Source: the human T2T-CHM13v2.0 reference genome, Homo sapiens | Direction: 5' to 3' (one strand) | DNA: 64,000 bases | NCBI RefSeq assembly: GCF_009914755.1 | Contig: NC_060927.1 | Shown here: piece after piece, positions 14,976 to 28,815 of the stretch | Layout of the letters: each line of letters opens with the position of its first letter | Position numbering within the stretch: the stretch's first letter is position 1 | The notes under the pieces: generated by a model | Told to the model about the DNA's origin: nothing | Databases searched by the model: none | Seen by the model: the letters and a program-made list of their open reading frames with translations, nothing else | Made by a program: the position numbers and the translations under genes

Positions 14976-15364
14976 GTAAGTTCTCTTTCAAAGCTCTCAT
15001 GGCTCTTTCTACAGTCTGGCTTAGGTTGGGCCCTTCTGGCCCATTAGATTGGCTGGTATGTCTGAACATCTGTGGTGTTTGTGGTGGAATGCTTTTTTTG
15101 TTTTCCCTCCAGAAGGTTTTCTCATCCCCAATACACATCAGTAGATGCAATCATCCAAATGATAGTAGATGTAAATGTAGGAAATGTAGGATGAACGTAT
15201 CTAACTTGGGGCACCCAAGACCATTACCGACTCTGTCCTGCCAAGATACCCCACACTCTTACATTTGTAGAATTAGAATATTGTATGCCCATTTCAATGT
15301 TGAATGTTTCATATATAGACACTCATGTACATTTTTTCATAAGGCTAGGAATATTTTTGTCATT

Positions 15365-15490
15365 TTTCTTTTAGCAAGCATTTTTGAATGTTAGCTTACA
15401 AGGTACTAGGGTATATGCTGGTGGTGCAAAGATGAATAAGGCACGGGCCATGCCCACAAAAAATTCAGTCTGTAATTAGGGAGGCAGTTA
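15365..15490 (-). mobile_element. L2 3'-end fragment
   Basis: 'agcaagcatttttgaatg...caaagatgaataaggcacgg'. Confidence 0.55.
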
Positions 15491-16879
15491 GAGTACTGTT
15501 TGAGAAACGTTGTGATAGAGCACTTGAACTTGCTTTTCCTATTGTTTGAAAACCAACTTTCCATTTTCTTTGAGGGGGGGAGGTGGGCAGGGGGAAAGCT
15601 CCTGTAGTTCACAGCTCAGCTGAATTTTCATTTCCCTGAAAAGTATTCCAGGAGAAACAAGCCACCACTACCTCTTGCCCTCCATTTTTTTTCCCTCCAC
15701 ATTTTAAACCTTGGATTATATCGTCTTGTTTTATTTTTCTAACAGGACTTGTGTCTGCAATTATCTTGTCTGCATATTTGTAGTATAAACAAATAAACTG
15801 TCTTGCGCACTGCTGAGCCCACAGTGTTTGTAAATGTGTTTTGAAGAAAATCATGAATAAAATAACACAGATACCTAGACACCTAGACCCCCCGCCCCCC
15901 AGAGGAATTAGAACAGCCTTGATAAAGCTGGAGATGTGGTTTAAACACTGAGATGGAAACAGAAGGGTCTAGGAGTACACGCAGGTAGATAACAGTATAT
16001 AAAATGCTCTCTGGGGAATCAGGAGGTTCAGTGTTGCAGGCACTGGGACATACGGTGGCTAGCGAAGGGCAGGAGGCTGGCCAAGCATCCAGGAGATGTA
16101 TTACCACGGAGTGAGGGCTTATGCATGAGCTGAAAGTGGCTACATTTATACTTTAGGAAAGCCAAAAGTTATTTCTCCAACTGAGATTCACAGCATATGG
16201 ATCAGGAATTGCTTTCTGGGCTGGTTAGGGAAGGAATAAATAGAGATTTGACTCTTAGGGGCAGTTTCGTCTTGTTGCAGGCTGGCATCCAGTGCCACAT
16301 TTTTGAAGATGTGCTTCATTACTAGCTTGTACTTTGCATCCTTCTCCTCTTTTATGCTGCTTTGGATCCACCCAGAAGCTTGAACATGAGGTTGTCACCA
16401 TGTCTTACAACTTGATATTTTCACAAGGGTACAGTGCCTGCTTGTTCACCTTTTGGGGAGCAGGGCTGTAGGGGCAGGAAGAGTGCAGGTGAGGGGTTCT
16501 TCTTGAGAAATTGAAAACTATACCAGTTATATTTTTCTCTGGTTTGGTTCTTTTCCACCATCCACCGAACTCAAGCAGTGCAGGGGCTATACCCTATTCA
16601 TCTTCATTCCACCCACATTTAAGAGTGCTTTGCAAATCAGCTCAATAAAGCCGTGTAAATAAATGTTGTGTTTAGAGTTAAGTTTTGCCTTCACCTGTGA
16701 TAGACTTCTGCATCTGTGTTCTTCCAGGTGTTAGCTAGATTGATTGTCTTTCGTTTGTATAATAGTTGTAGTTTTATTGGATTTGTGCAAACTGCCTTGT
16801 CTCTAAAATGAAATCTTAAAAAAAAAAGTTGGTTGACATTTTATTTTCCTTTAGTTCTCTCCTAGATTTTCTCTCCTCA

Positions 16880-17117
16880 GCATAGGACAGGTGAAAGTAA
16901 CACTGCCTTCAAAGACAGTCCTGGGGTTGAGTCATGATTCTTGCACATGCTTATGATGGAAAATGGCAAATAATTGCCCCACACTGAACCTTAGTTTTGT
17001 CTTCTATAAAATGAGACAATTAACCTGTTGTAGGGGGTTGTGAAGATTTTAAAAAGGTAATATATGAAGAAAGCTTTGCACCCTGTCACATGATAAGCAT
17101 TCATTAATGTCAGTTTC
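16880..17117 (+). mobile_element. MIR (MIRb-like)
   Basis: Core 'ctgaaccttagttttgtcttctataaaatgag...ggttgtgaagatt'. Confidence 0.8.
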
Positions 17118-17399
17118 TAAACTCGGCTTTCTTCCATGAAAATCAAGTTAAAATATCACCTGCAAGTAGTGTGCCAAGTAAAGACTTCATCCTATGGATA
17201 ACTCTTGCTCTGTGCTTTGGGTATTTTTACTAGAAAGTCCCCCAAAGCTACTTTGATTTCTTTCTTGTTTCAACACTTTGGTGAGTTATGACCATGCCAA
17301 ATGTCACTGCTGAGAAAGATGAGGCGCATAGAGAGCATAATACCCTCTGAATCTTAAGAACCAAATGTGAGCTGTTGCCTCCAACTTGGTATTTCTACA

Positions 17400-18910
17400 T
17401 TGCACATGATCATTAGGTAGGAAAACAGGCATTTTGCTTAAGACTGCAGAAGTTGCAGTGTTTGCTTAATGATTACTACAGCTTGCTTTGTAATTATGAT
17501 TGCATGGGCAATCCTGTACAATCCCGGGAACTTTTGGAAAGTAATGACAGTAATTTACAGCCATGTGGTTTTGTGTGGATGCTTAAGTACTTGGTCTGTG
17601 GCCTGCCTGCATGCTCCATTGACTGCTTGATGGACCCATTCCCCACCTGCGCTACTTCCCCGCCCTCTTTATGGAAACACTGGAAGTGAACACTGAGTTT
17701 GTATGAAAGACAAAGGAAAGAGAATGTGTGTTGGGAAAGGGAGACCGAATCTGTAAGACATTCTTTTCACTGTATTCTTACCTTTTCAATTGGCGAAAAC
17801 AATTCACAGCTTTTATTTTTTTTTTAAAGAAAACTATAGAATATAAAATTAATGCAAGTTAGGCACTTTAGTGGATATCTAGAGTTTCAAATAAACTTGG
17901 AAAATTCCTGTAGACTTCAGGTAAACTCCTGTGAATGTTCCCTTTCAACTGTGTATTTTTAGATAATTGACAACTAATTTAAGTAAATTTCCATGGCTTA
18001 TGGTTACTTATAAGTATGTTTTATTCATGATGACAAGCTCCTTCAAAAATAAAAGCACCGTTCTTGAGTCAAATTCAGATTTTTGAGGAAACACAGGAAT
18101 GATAAAGGGAAAAGAGGAATTGAGCCTCCAATTTCTGTCTGTTGCTTTTGAAAATGTGCCACATCCTGAAAGAAAATTCTGCTTATGTGTGCCACAGTCT
18201 CCAAAAGGAAAATGAAGATGTTGGTTAAATTTTCAATAAGCCAGCCCTAAAGAATTTCCTTTGAAGTTGTTTTATATGCTTCTCCACTGAAAAACTTTAA
18301 GATAAGTTATAACTCTGCTTTGTGCTTTGAAAATAAATTCAGCACATTAATTGTATTTATGGGGGAAAGTAGTAAATGTCCCAGAATGAATACACAGCCA
18401 TAATTTACTCAGATGGAACTGCTACTGCCCATAAACTTCTCCTCCTCGCCTCTTCTGGTTTATGACATCAGCCAGCCTTGCAAATGAATCACTGCTTTGT
18501 GCACCCTCATATCCTTGTGGTATGTAAATTTCCACTGAATGCTTATCAAATAGTATTATTACATATTACATATTTTCTTTGCTAATTTTCCAGAAGATTA
18601 AATGTAATCTGTATTTTGTAAGGACGGCCTCAGTTATCTGAGCTGCAAATCCATGTAGATTCAGAACTATCTGGGCACCACTGGAAGAATGAGATGGCTG
18701 CCAGGGATATCTTTGCATTAGGAATTGAGGGGCCTTATGGGAAAACTTCAACCTGGCAAGAGAGAATTGAGTATGTGGGCTTGGTCTAATACATAGCTAT
18801 GTCTTTGCTGTCAGATAGGAGAGGTGACTAACGCATTAATTGTGTGTAATGCTAGTCCAATGATCACGTGTCCACTGTTGAGTTTTAGTGGGGATATTGC
18901 ATCATAAATT
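17400..18910. promoter_or_regulatory. putative enhancer-like, repeat-free segment
   Basis: No recognisable TE; HOX-type TTTATG/CATAAA at 17668, 18356, 18430, 18459, 18903; TALE TGACAG at 17545 and 18808; CACGTG at 18865. Confidence 0.35.
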
Positions 18911-20379
18911 AAACAATAAATAATTATATTTTTACACAAAATCTCTTCAACATGTTAGGAGCAAAAGGCATCTTTTCTTTGGGATTAGGATAATAGACAT
19001 AGCAGTAAAGGATGAGGGAGAGAAACCCTCCACCTTGGCAAGGGAAACGTTTTGGCTTGGGAGAACTGAAGCTCCAGATAACTCATGTGAGGTGCAGTGA
19101 GGACTCCAGCACAACAGTGGTGGCAGAGGCTCTTAGCCACATCAGATCAGTATCAGGAGAAAACCAGGGGCTTGAAGGGATGAGAGGAACTCAGCCTTTG
19201 GTGTGATCTGCTGGCTTTCCTCCTTCCTGAATAACAGGTGAGGCTACTTCTTGTAACACTAGGAGCAGCTGAGGCCTGAAGAATTAGTGGCTACTGAGAG
19301 AAGGGACTGTAAGCCTTCTTGTGCTGGTCCTTAGAGACTTGGAAAGAGAGCAAGTGACTGCAAGTTCTGAAAGGTATCTTCACAAGGCTGGGGATCGAAC
19401 GACAGAATAATGCTGGTTGTTACTAATCCTAACACTCTTTTTCTGTCTTCAGGCTTGTGTGGTCTGAGAAAATGGAAATAACTTCTTTGTGTACTTCAAA
19501 GTAATTGATTTTCCTCCTTATTCAATTAATGTTGTTGATATAAATATATTAGTGAGTAAAAAAGAAAAATCACCAATCCATTATAAAGCCTTCTCTATCC
19601 CATTTTGGGGAAATATTTGGTGATAACTTAATTATGTGCTACCAAATAATGTGCATGGTTTTCCAAAGAAATATCATGTGATTGACACATATTCTATATG
19701 ATCCCCCAAATTTGCATGGATTCTGTCTTCTATGACAAAAGTGTCCACTTTTCTAATGCTTCCTGTGCCACCAGACCTAGAAGATATGGTAAGAAATAAG
19801 ATCATGTGAATTTTCACCAGCAAAGACAAAATAAACCAAAACAGAAAATCAAAACCACAGATAAAAGAAAAAAAGAGAAACCACAAGAATCTTGTTCACA
19901 TCTATTTGAAGAGGGTGGAGGCTACAATAACAACACATTTAAAATGCTTTTCAGGCACTTTTTCTGATTTCTCATTGTTTATGCTATTTGACTTCCCATG
20001 AGATTATCCTAATTTTTTCTGTCATAAGAATATCAAACAAGGTTGTTTCTGTTTTTGGTGTCACTTACCTGTTTTTTGCATTGAGTGACTCTGAGATATT
20101 TGCATCTAACCCACATTGTATTTTTAAATACATAAGATGTTATCTATCGGTTTGAATATTTTCCAAACAAAATTTTAATAAAAGAAAGATTTAAAAAGCA
20201 GAAGCCATGTAAACTGTTTTATAAAAGTTAAAAAAATAGCAAAGGAAACACATACACACAAACATGCCATCAAGTGCCACCACTAGCCAGTTCTTATCCC
20301 ATTAACATAGTTCTTTAATAATTTAAAAATAAATGATGATAAAGGAAGCATAAAACCTGTGAGAAGAGGTTACAGTGAA

Positions 20380-22450
20380 TCTACAGAGATTCCTAATATA
20401 CATATTAGGAAAATGAATAAAAAATGCTCAATTCAAGAAGGTATAACAGCAAAATAAATTCAAGGAAGGTAGAAAGAAATTATTAAACCTAAAAGTTTAA
20501 GTTAAAGAAACAGAAAACTTTTTAGAAATGTTAAAAATCAGAACCTGGCCCTTTAAAAGTAATTGATTTATGACAAGTTTGATAGAAAAATTAGAGAATG
20601 AGCAATAGCTGCAGAAACTGAAGCAATTAAATATTATAAAATAATTATATGAAATGCTTTATGCAGGAAATTTGAAAACTTAAATTAAACAATTTAGTTA
20701 ACATTAACTGAAAAACGTCAAAACATCCAGATAGACTAATACTATTGAAAATTATTGTTGATGCTAGTGCAAATTAATACTCCTAGAAAGGTCTAACAAA
20801 ACTGTAAGGGCTATACCATTTCCATATTAGATAAAAATTTTCAGAAATAAAAATAATGAAAAATTCCAAACTCAACCAACTCAACCAATGAGTTTTGACT
20901 TATCTGGATACCAAATCCTAATGAAAATAATATAGAAAGGATACTATCTTTAGGTATTCAAATTGTTATTTTTTTTAATTTAGTTTGTACTTAAAAACTA
21001 ATTACCCAGTTTGCAAGATACTATGAAATGCTAAATTTACCTGTTATACTTAAAATGTGATTTAGTTTTCAAAAACCTTATGTGCATACTTTTCCAAAAT
21101 ATGCCTGATTTGGAAACATGTTTTATTAAGGAAAAATATCTAGTGGGGGAAGGGGAACTTGAAAGCAAACAAGGATTGAGTTCAAATTACCATACTGAGA
21201 AATATATTACATAAAATTACAAAAAAATTTTTAATTATATGCAAGCATAGGATAACAAGAGAGTGCCATACACAAGCTATAAGTTTCTGAAAGAGAAAAC
21301 ATAAGATCAGATCTATGGACAAAAATATATAAGATAAAATACATCCAAAACACATATAAGAATATTGTTATGAGAATAGAATATGTAGCTATTTCGTTAC
21401 TACGAACCATGAATAAGTTAATATAAAAATAGGATGATTGGGTACTTTTTTTGAGGGTAAATAATTAGAGATCGACATTTAGAGCTTTTGGATAATAATA
21501 TCTCCCCCTCTGCTATTCCAGTTTTGCTAAGTAGAAATTGAAAGCAGTATTTAACCACTAAAGCAGAGGAAACGATCTGTGAAGTTTCATATATAAAATA
21601 GTATGGTATATAAAAACATACGATAATATTATAGGTAGTTTCTGAGTCTGAAGAGGCTCACAAAGCCTCTCTATCCAGAGGACTGGCACATCCTGCCTAC
21701 CACCCAAGTCAAGCTCTTATTCATAGGATGGAAAGTGGACTATAGTAAACCACGTGCACAAGCAAACAGTAATTTTGAAATACAGACTCAATAAGCATTT
21801 GTGACAAAGCGACAAGATGAAAGAAGTATCACATTCAATTAAATAATGAATATCCAAGGAAGCAAAGTTGATAAAGAAAATAAAGTTTATAGTAAATATA
21901 TGGATATTGTCAGTCTTTTCATTATACAGAAAAAAATTAAACTTTTGGCTTTGAATAAAATTTAAAAATAATTCTCAAGGAAGGAACATAGCTGAAAAGT
22001 AATGTGGTGATACAGAAGACAGAGGTGATGAGTTCTACATAAAATAAAGCCATGAGATCAAATATATGAAACAAAGGTTAAGAGACATAAGGAATGGATT
22101 CAGAAGTTTCAACAGCCATATGAAATAAAACTTTCAGAGGACACTAAACAATCAAAGAAATAATAAGAAAACTTAAGAGCTAAAGAAAGAAATTAGTGAA
22201 GTACTGTCTTCAAAGCTAAGATCCTCTACTCAACACCCTTGAAGAAGGAAAGCAGAGTGAAAATACCTTCAAATGGAAATCAGTTTATCACCTGTAATCC
22301 TTTTCTGAAATAATTACCTAAAGAAGGTATTCAGTAAATGTAATCATAAGTACAAAAAGGAGAAAGACTTCACATACAAAGTGATAAGAAATAAAATTTA
22401 TACAATTAATTCTAAATCTGAGTACTCTTGATGCCTAATATAAAAATAAA
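20380..22450 (+). mobile_element. highly decayed ancient L1M fragments
   Basis: A-rich degenerate ORF1/ORF2-like sequence. Confidence 0.5.
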
Positions 22451-22479
22451 ATATCCCAAACAACTTGGGAGGCTTCAGA

Positions 22480-23559
22480 GAACAACACAGGTTTGAACTG
22501 GACAGATCCGCTTCTATGTGTATTTTTTGTCAATAAATACATTGGAAAAATCTTTTGGAGGTTCGCAACAATTTGAAAAACCTCAGATGAACCATATAGC
22601 CTTGAAAATATAAAAAAATTAAGAAAATGGTGTTTCATAAATGCATAAAATATATGTAAATACCAGTCTATTTTATCATTTACTACCATAAAATATACAT
22701 AAATCTATTTAAAATATTAAAATGTATCAAAACTTATGCACACAAACTGCATAAAACTGTATATAATGCCATTCCCACTCAACAGAAATGTAAACAAACA
22801 TAAAGGTGAAGTTTTAAGTCATAACTACATTAACATTATAGCACATACTCTACTACCTTAATTCCATAGCTACACCTGTTGGTTGGAATTGCATTGTGCT
22901 CAATTGTTGCAATTATCCACTCAAAATGGCGTGAGCCGCTAATCATTTCTGCTTGAGTATTTCATCTTTCTAGTAAATTGTGTACCACAGTAAGAAGTGA
23001 TCTCTCACAGTTTTTGCATACTTTTCATTGTGTTTAGTGCAATACCATAAACCTTTAATAACATCACAGGCCCCATAAGAAGTGCCACTAGTGATGCTAG
23101 AGGTGCTCCCAAGAAGCAGAGAGAAGTCATGACATTACAAGAAAAAATGGAATACTTCAGTATGTACTATAGATTGAGGCATGCAGCTGTGGTTGCCTGC
23201 CATTTCAGAAAGACCATTTATCTTGCCAGCAGATAACATAAACTTATGGTATTGATACATACAGTACAGTACTGCACATGTGTTTTCTCTTCCTTATGAT
23301 TTTCTTAAAACATTTTCTTTAGCTTACTTTATTGTAAGAATACAGTACATAATACATATAACATACAAAATACATGTTAATCAATTGTTTGCATTATTGG
23401 TAAGCCTTCTAATCAATTGTTTATGTTATTGGTAAGGCTTCTGGTCAATAGTAGGCTATTACTAGCCGTTACATTTTGGGCGAGTGAAAAGTTATATATG
23501 GATTTTAGATTGAACATGGAGTTGGTACCCCTATGTCTGCATTGTTTAAGGAGCAACTG
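22480..23559 (+). mobile_element. Tigger2-family non-autonomous DNA transposon (Tigger2b-like)
   Basis: 'gaacaacacaggtttgaactg' start with eroded left TIR; right end 'ttgtttaaggagcaactg|ta'; internal ~32-bp tandem duplication at 23378-23441. Confidence 0.88.
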
Positions 23560-23849
23560 TATTTTTAAATGTCTAAATCTTTAGATATAGAAAAATGACC
23601 AGTACATTTACAATTATTAGATTTAAAAAATTGATTAAAGAAAACTGATCATAACCAAAGTCAATGACAAACAGCTCAGTGTCTACTAAAAAACCTTGTG
23701 TTCTCCCTTTTATTACATAAAACTTTGCCAACATCTATATTTCTCATCTCGCCTCTCTGTGGTTTCAGTGATGGAAAGCTAATGGAAATGATGGGTGACG
23801 CTTTCGTGGTAAGAGAGTAAGTAAGAGTCCAATGTGCTGTCCCTAATGG

Positions 23850-25110
23850 TTTAATTCCACTTCTGCCTGGCTGCAAAAGACTCTGAGTATCTATGAATTG
23901 GCAGACCAACAAGACAGAAGAAATTTGGGTTTCTTAAATATCCTATGGAGTAAAGCTACTCAACAACCAGGAAATTCTGAGTTGTACTGTTACATGAGCA
24001 AGAAGTGAACTTTTATTGTATTAATTCCTTAAAACTTTGGATTATTTCCAAACCAAAGCTTTTTTTTTTTCCTGTGGCTTTGTAACCCTATCTGTGAAAG
24101 AAACTATCACCTTTAACTGGAACATTTCTGTTACAAACACTTTAAAATATGTAGCAGAGGGTTGAAAATTAATGAGTGGGCGGTGAGTAAACAGGTATTA
24201 GTCAATGAAAAGATGGATGAAGACTTATAGTATGTAGTATGGAAACATGTGACAAAACAGTTGCCTGCAATAATTCAAATGAAAGGCAAAGTGTCCACAG
24301 ACCCAGGCCTCTAGCTCTATGGGAAGAGGTTGGAAAAGAGATTGTTAGTAAGGTGTGGTGGTTATCCCTTTTAAGGTATCATGAGAAAGAGGTGAGCTCA
24401 GGCAAAAATTGACTGGTTTGAGAACAGATACTAAATAAACAAACAAACAAAAAATACCTAGACAGCTAAAAATTTGGGGCCTTTTAGAGTTGGATGAGCT
24501 TATTGCTTTTTAACCCCATATATTAAGAGTTAACACTTTTTAAAAGGCACAGAGCAAGAGAAGCCTATTAAAACTTCACGGTTAAACAAATGAACTAAGA
24601 TCTAAATTAATATAGTTTCCTTCCCTTCCAAACCTATTATTTAGATGACCTTTAGGGAACTGCCTTTTTGTTGAGAGAGAAAGGCCTAAAAAAAGAATAA
24701 AGAGATTAAATTTGTAAATTATGCCTCAGAAAAACATTTGAATGTAGTTATAGATACGTAAAATTGGCTAGATGCAACAATTCACAATATTTGAGGAGAT
24801 TGTAAAACATCCTTAGGAACTCAAACTCACATCAAAAAGAGTTGTGCAGTGATACCTATACAGCATGTAATGAGATCATGTTCCACAATGTCTACTCTAT
24901 CCATGGAGAATAATGAACAATGAAGAAACTTGTGCACAGTTGAGCTAGGGGGTCACATACAGTAATGGATAAGAGAAGAATCAGGTTCTAATCAAGGAAA
25001 TACTACCAGGATATAGAGTTTTCAAAATGCTTGCCTACTGGCTAATGTGTAATAACTACTGTGTGTCATCTCCCTTTTCACCTGTCTCATAGTGGGAATT
25101 TTTACTTCAG
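23850..25110 (+). mobile_element. old MLT1 LTR end plus MLT1-int
   Basis: 'ctgttacatgagcaagaagtgaacttttattg' LTR end followed by MaLR internal-like sequence. Confidence 0.6.
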
Positions 25111-25305
25111 AATAGAGTTGGTCAAACAACAAAAAGAAGACTCGGATGAGCAACTTAAAGAATGGAAGATAACTAAATTTACTGAGGTGATTAAAATTAT
25201 TACAAAATTATAAGTACAAATGTATGCGAGGACTCTTGAAAATCTGCATAAAATGGCTAATTTCCTAAGGAAATGTAAATTACCAAAAATAATTCAAGAA
25301 GTAGT

Positions 25306-25385
25306 AGAATATCTGACTAAATCAATACTATTTAGAACATTTTTAAGAATACCTGACTAAATCAATACTATTTAGAACATTTTTA
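25306..25385. repeat. 40-bp tandem duplication
   Basis: agaata(t/c)ctgactaaatcaatactatttagaacattttta twice. Confidence 0.95.
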
Positions 25386-25501
25386 CTAGTAGTCAAAATT
25401 CTACTCCTAATAACTGTATCAGTGCAACATGAATTTACTATCAAAGTCTATCAGATTTTCAAGGAAGATATAACTTCTATTTTTGAGAAAGTGTTCTAGA
25501 G

Positions 25502-25818
25502 CAGAGGTCCCCAACCCCTTGGAACCTATAGGTCTGTGGCTTGTTGGGAACTAGCAGGAGGTGAGCTGCAGGCAAGTGAGCATTACCTCCTGAGCATCGC
25601 CTCCTGTCAGATCAGCAACGGAATTAGATTCTCAGAGGAGCAGGAACCCTATTGTGAACTGCACATGCGGGGATCTAGGACGTGCGCTCCTTATGAGAAT
25701 CTACCTAATGCCTGATCTGAGGGGGACAGTTGCATGCTGAAACCACCTCCGCTCCAGTTCGTGGAAAAGTTGTCTTCCACGAAACGTGTCCCTGGTGCCA
25801 AAAGGCTGGAGGCCATTG
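25502..25818 (+). mobile_element. MER1B (hAT-Charlie)
   Basis: 'cagaggtccccaacccc...ccttatgagaatcta...cctggtgccaaaagg'; 8-bp TSD ttctagag/ttatagag. Confidence 0.92.
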
Positions 25819-27414
25819 TTATAGAGCTTAGTAATATACAGAAAACTTTCCAACTCAATGAGGCTAGCATTACCCAAATTCCAAAGTCTAACGAGGTTCT
25901 CATCCTTCCCCCGTGTACACATAGAAATACTGTGAGACAATAGCACTAATGAATAATACTGGAACACCCTAAATATTAGCAGAACAAATTCAAAGTTATA
26001 TTAAAGAAAAATTGAACATGACCAATTAGGTTGTATTTCAGGAATGTAAAGATAGTACATTATTTAAAAATATGTTAATCTCCTCTCCTGAAAGATTAAT
26101 AAAGGAAAATAAATAATATTATCTTATTATGTGACAAATAAGATTAAATACTCATTCCAGATTAAAAAACAAAAACAACAAACATCAATCTCCTGGGAAT
26201 AGAAAGAAATCTTTTTCATCTGGTGTAGAGTATAAATCTACAAAAAGTTAGAAAGAGGACAAAGATGCCTGCTATTAATTGCTAATATTTGAAATTATGT
26301 AACAATTTGTAATTAATGTAAAAAGTTAATTGTTGTTATTGAAAAGAGAGAAAAAACTGTCACTACTTACAGTGATTATGATCATTAGACTAGAAAATTC
26401 AAGAGAATCAACTGAAGCACTTAGATTAAAAATGCAATAAGTTTACTGAGTCAATTTACAACAATCATTCATTTTCTTATACACCAGTGACAACAACTGA
26501 AAGCTATAAGAAAATAAAATGCAGCTAAGAACAGCAAAATAACAATAATAAAAATTCTAAAATACCAAGAAACAAATCTTTTAAAATATATTTAAGAATA
26601 CGATTTTCCAAATGAAACTTTACTGAGTTATATAAAAGGAAATCTTAATTAATAAGTAATATATACATAAGTAGAAAAATTAAAATAATATTGCAGAATT
26701 TTGAAAGGATATGGAAAGCTAGAAAAAAGTCTCTCTCATCCTAAGAACAAGAAAAAGCCAGAAAATCTACAAAATCATAATTTTTCTCAAAACCATGAGT
26801 TCAAGAATGAGACTCAAATGAGATTCAGGACAGCTAGCAAGCCAGAAATCTAAGGAAAGAAAGGCATCTCCAGGAAACATGAAGATGTCACCACTGTCTC
26901 ACTTGTAGAACAAGGAAAACAGGTCCACCATAAAAAATAGGTAAGATGTTTTCAGCTAAGCTTTCAAAAAATTCCCACGCATTAAGTATGAGTTTGCATG
27001 CATTTGGAGGCTCTTCTTAGATTATTTCACAGGGTTTTCAAGAGGAACAGTACTTCTAGGGTAGGAGACTAGAGAAAGCTTACTTTAGCGGGGGCAGGTT
27101 TGTATAAAGGTAGTGGCTGCTGCTGTGAGAAAAGCATGAAGCAATTCATTGTCCTTTTCTCCTAGGGAACAAAAGCCTTAAGCCCCTAGAGAAGGGTGGC
27201 AAACAAAGATGACCCCAGGCACAAGTGAAATCTCACTGTTGTTTGGGAATAATAATGATTATTATTAATCCTCCCCCTTTAAGGGAGGGGCAGAAAAATG
27301 TCTTGGGCCTATAAATAGCCTATCACTAGGGAAAGAACAAGATCACTTAGAAAACCTCATCCTTAAGACCCAGAATATAAGTCAGAAAACAAACAAATGA
27401 AGACAATTTTTAAA

Positions 27415-27649
27415 ATATTAGACTATACAGAGACACCAGGGATATGTGTACACAGAGGAAACAGCATCTTCCCACATGGTGAGAAGATGACTATCTGCAA
27501 GCCCAGAAGACAGGCCTTAGGGGAAAAACACCCTGTTAACACCTTGATCTTGACCTCTAGCCTGCAAATCTGTGAGAAAATACATTTTTGTTATTAAAGC
27601 CCATCTAGCCTATGGTATTTTGTTATGGCAGCCATAGCAAACTAATATA
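27415..27649 (+). mobile_element. MLT1B-like MaLR LTR 3' half
   Basis: 'accttgatcttgacctctagcctgc...tggtattttgttatggcagccatagcaaactaata'. Confidence 0.85.
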
Positions 27650-28815
27650 ATTCATAATTCAAAATATATCATAGACCTAAATATAAAGCCTATACTGGAG
27701 AACTTCTAAAAGAAAATATAGTAGAAAATATATATGACTCTGAGTTAGGCAAAAATTTCTTAGAGAAGACACCAAAAGCATGATTCATAAAAGAACATAT
27801 TGATAAATTGGACTTCACAAAGTTAAGAACCTGAGAGGTCTTTGATAGACACTGTTAAGAAAGTGCAAAGGTAAGCCACAGACTGGAGAAAATATACACA
27901 TCTGATAGATAACTGTATCCAGAATATGGAAATAATTTTCAAAACCAAATTTAAAAAGCCAATGAAAATGGACAAATTATTTGAACAGATATTTTTCCCA
28001 AGGAGATATGTGAATGGCAAATAAACACATAAAACATGCTTAACATCATTAGCCACAAAGGGAATTGAAACCACAATGTGCTATCACTACACACTTATTA
28101 GAATAGCTAAAGCAACAAAACAAATCAAAAAACCAAATCAACAATTCCAAGAGTTGGCAAAGACGCAGAGCTACTAGAACTTTCATAAGCTGCTGGTGAG
28201 GATGCAAAATAATATAGTCCCTTTGAAAAACAGTTTAGCATTTTTAAAAAAGTTAAACATACATTTACCATATAATTTAGCATTCCCACTCCTAGATATT
28301 TACCTAAAATAAATAAAAACTTGTATTTACATGAAAATCTTATAGAGAATATTTTTAGCAGTTTTGTTTCTCATCCAAAGTGAAGACAACTCAAGTGTCT
28401 TTCAACTGGTAAGTGGCAAACTGTAATGTATCCACATAACAGAATACTACTCAGCAGTAAAAAAGGATCCATGTTCTAGTACCTTCATCCTCAATCAGAT
28501 GAATCTCAAGTACCTTATGCTAAGTGAAAGACGCCAGCCTCTAAAGGCTACATAGTGTATGATTCCATTTATTTGACTCTATGGAGGAGGCAAAACTATG
28601 GAAACAGAAGGGAAGATCAGTAGTTGCCAGAGCCAGGGTTCTGGGGCAAGGGTTGACTATGAAATGACAGGAGGGATGTTTTCCGTGGTGATGGATCCAT
28701 TCTGGATCTTGATTATTGTAGTGGTACCATGACTGCATACATTTGTCAAAACCTGTGCACTAACAACATAAATTTTACTTCTTGTAAATAATACCTCATT
28801 AACTTGGCTTCAAAA
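27650..28815 (+). mobile_element. L1MD/ME 3' end
   Basis: ORF2 C-terminal remnant and 3'UTR 'gatcagtagttgccag...catacatttgtcaaaac'. Confidence 0.85.

Larger units (their letters stand above)
25140..26690 (+). mobile_element. ancient L1M ORF2 remnant interrupted by MER1B
   Basis: 'aaatgtaaattaccaaaa', 'caactcaatgaggctagcattacc'. Confidence 0.65.

Noticed and set aside
14382-15394. Cluster of 60-131 aa ORFs in unique sequence
   Set aside because: No recognisable domains; ORFs overlap on both strands and many use non-ATG starts, consistent with chance.
15573-15595. Potential G-quadruplex
   Set aside because: Only marginal G-run pattern, isolated, no supporting context.
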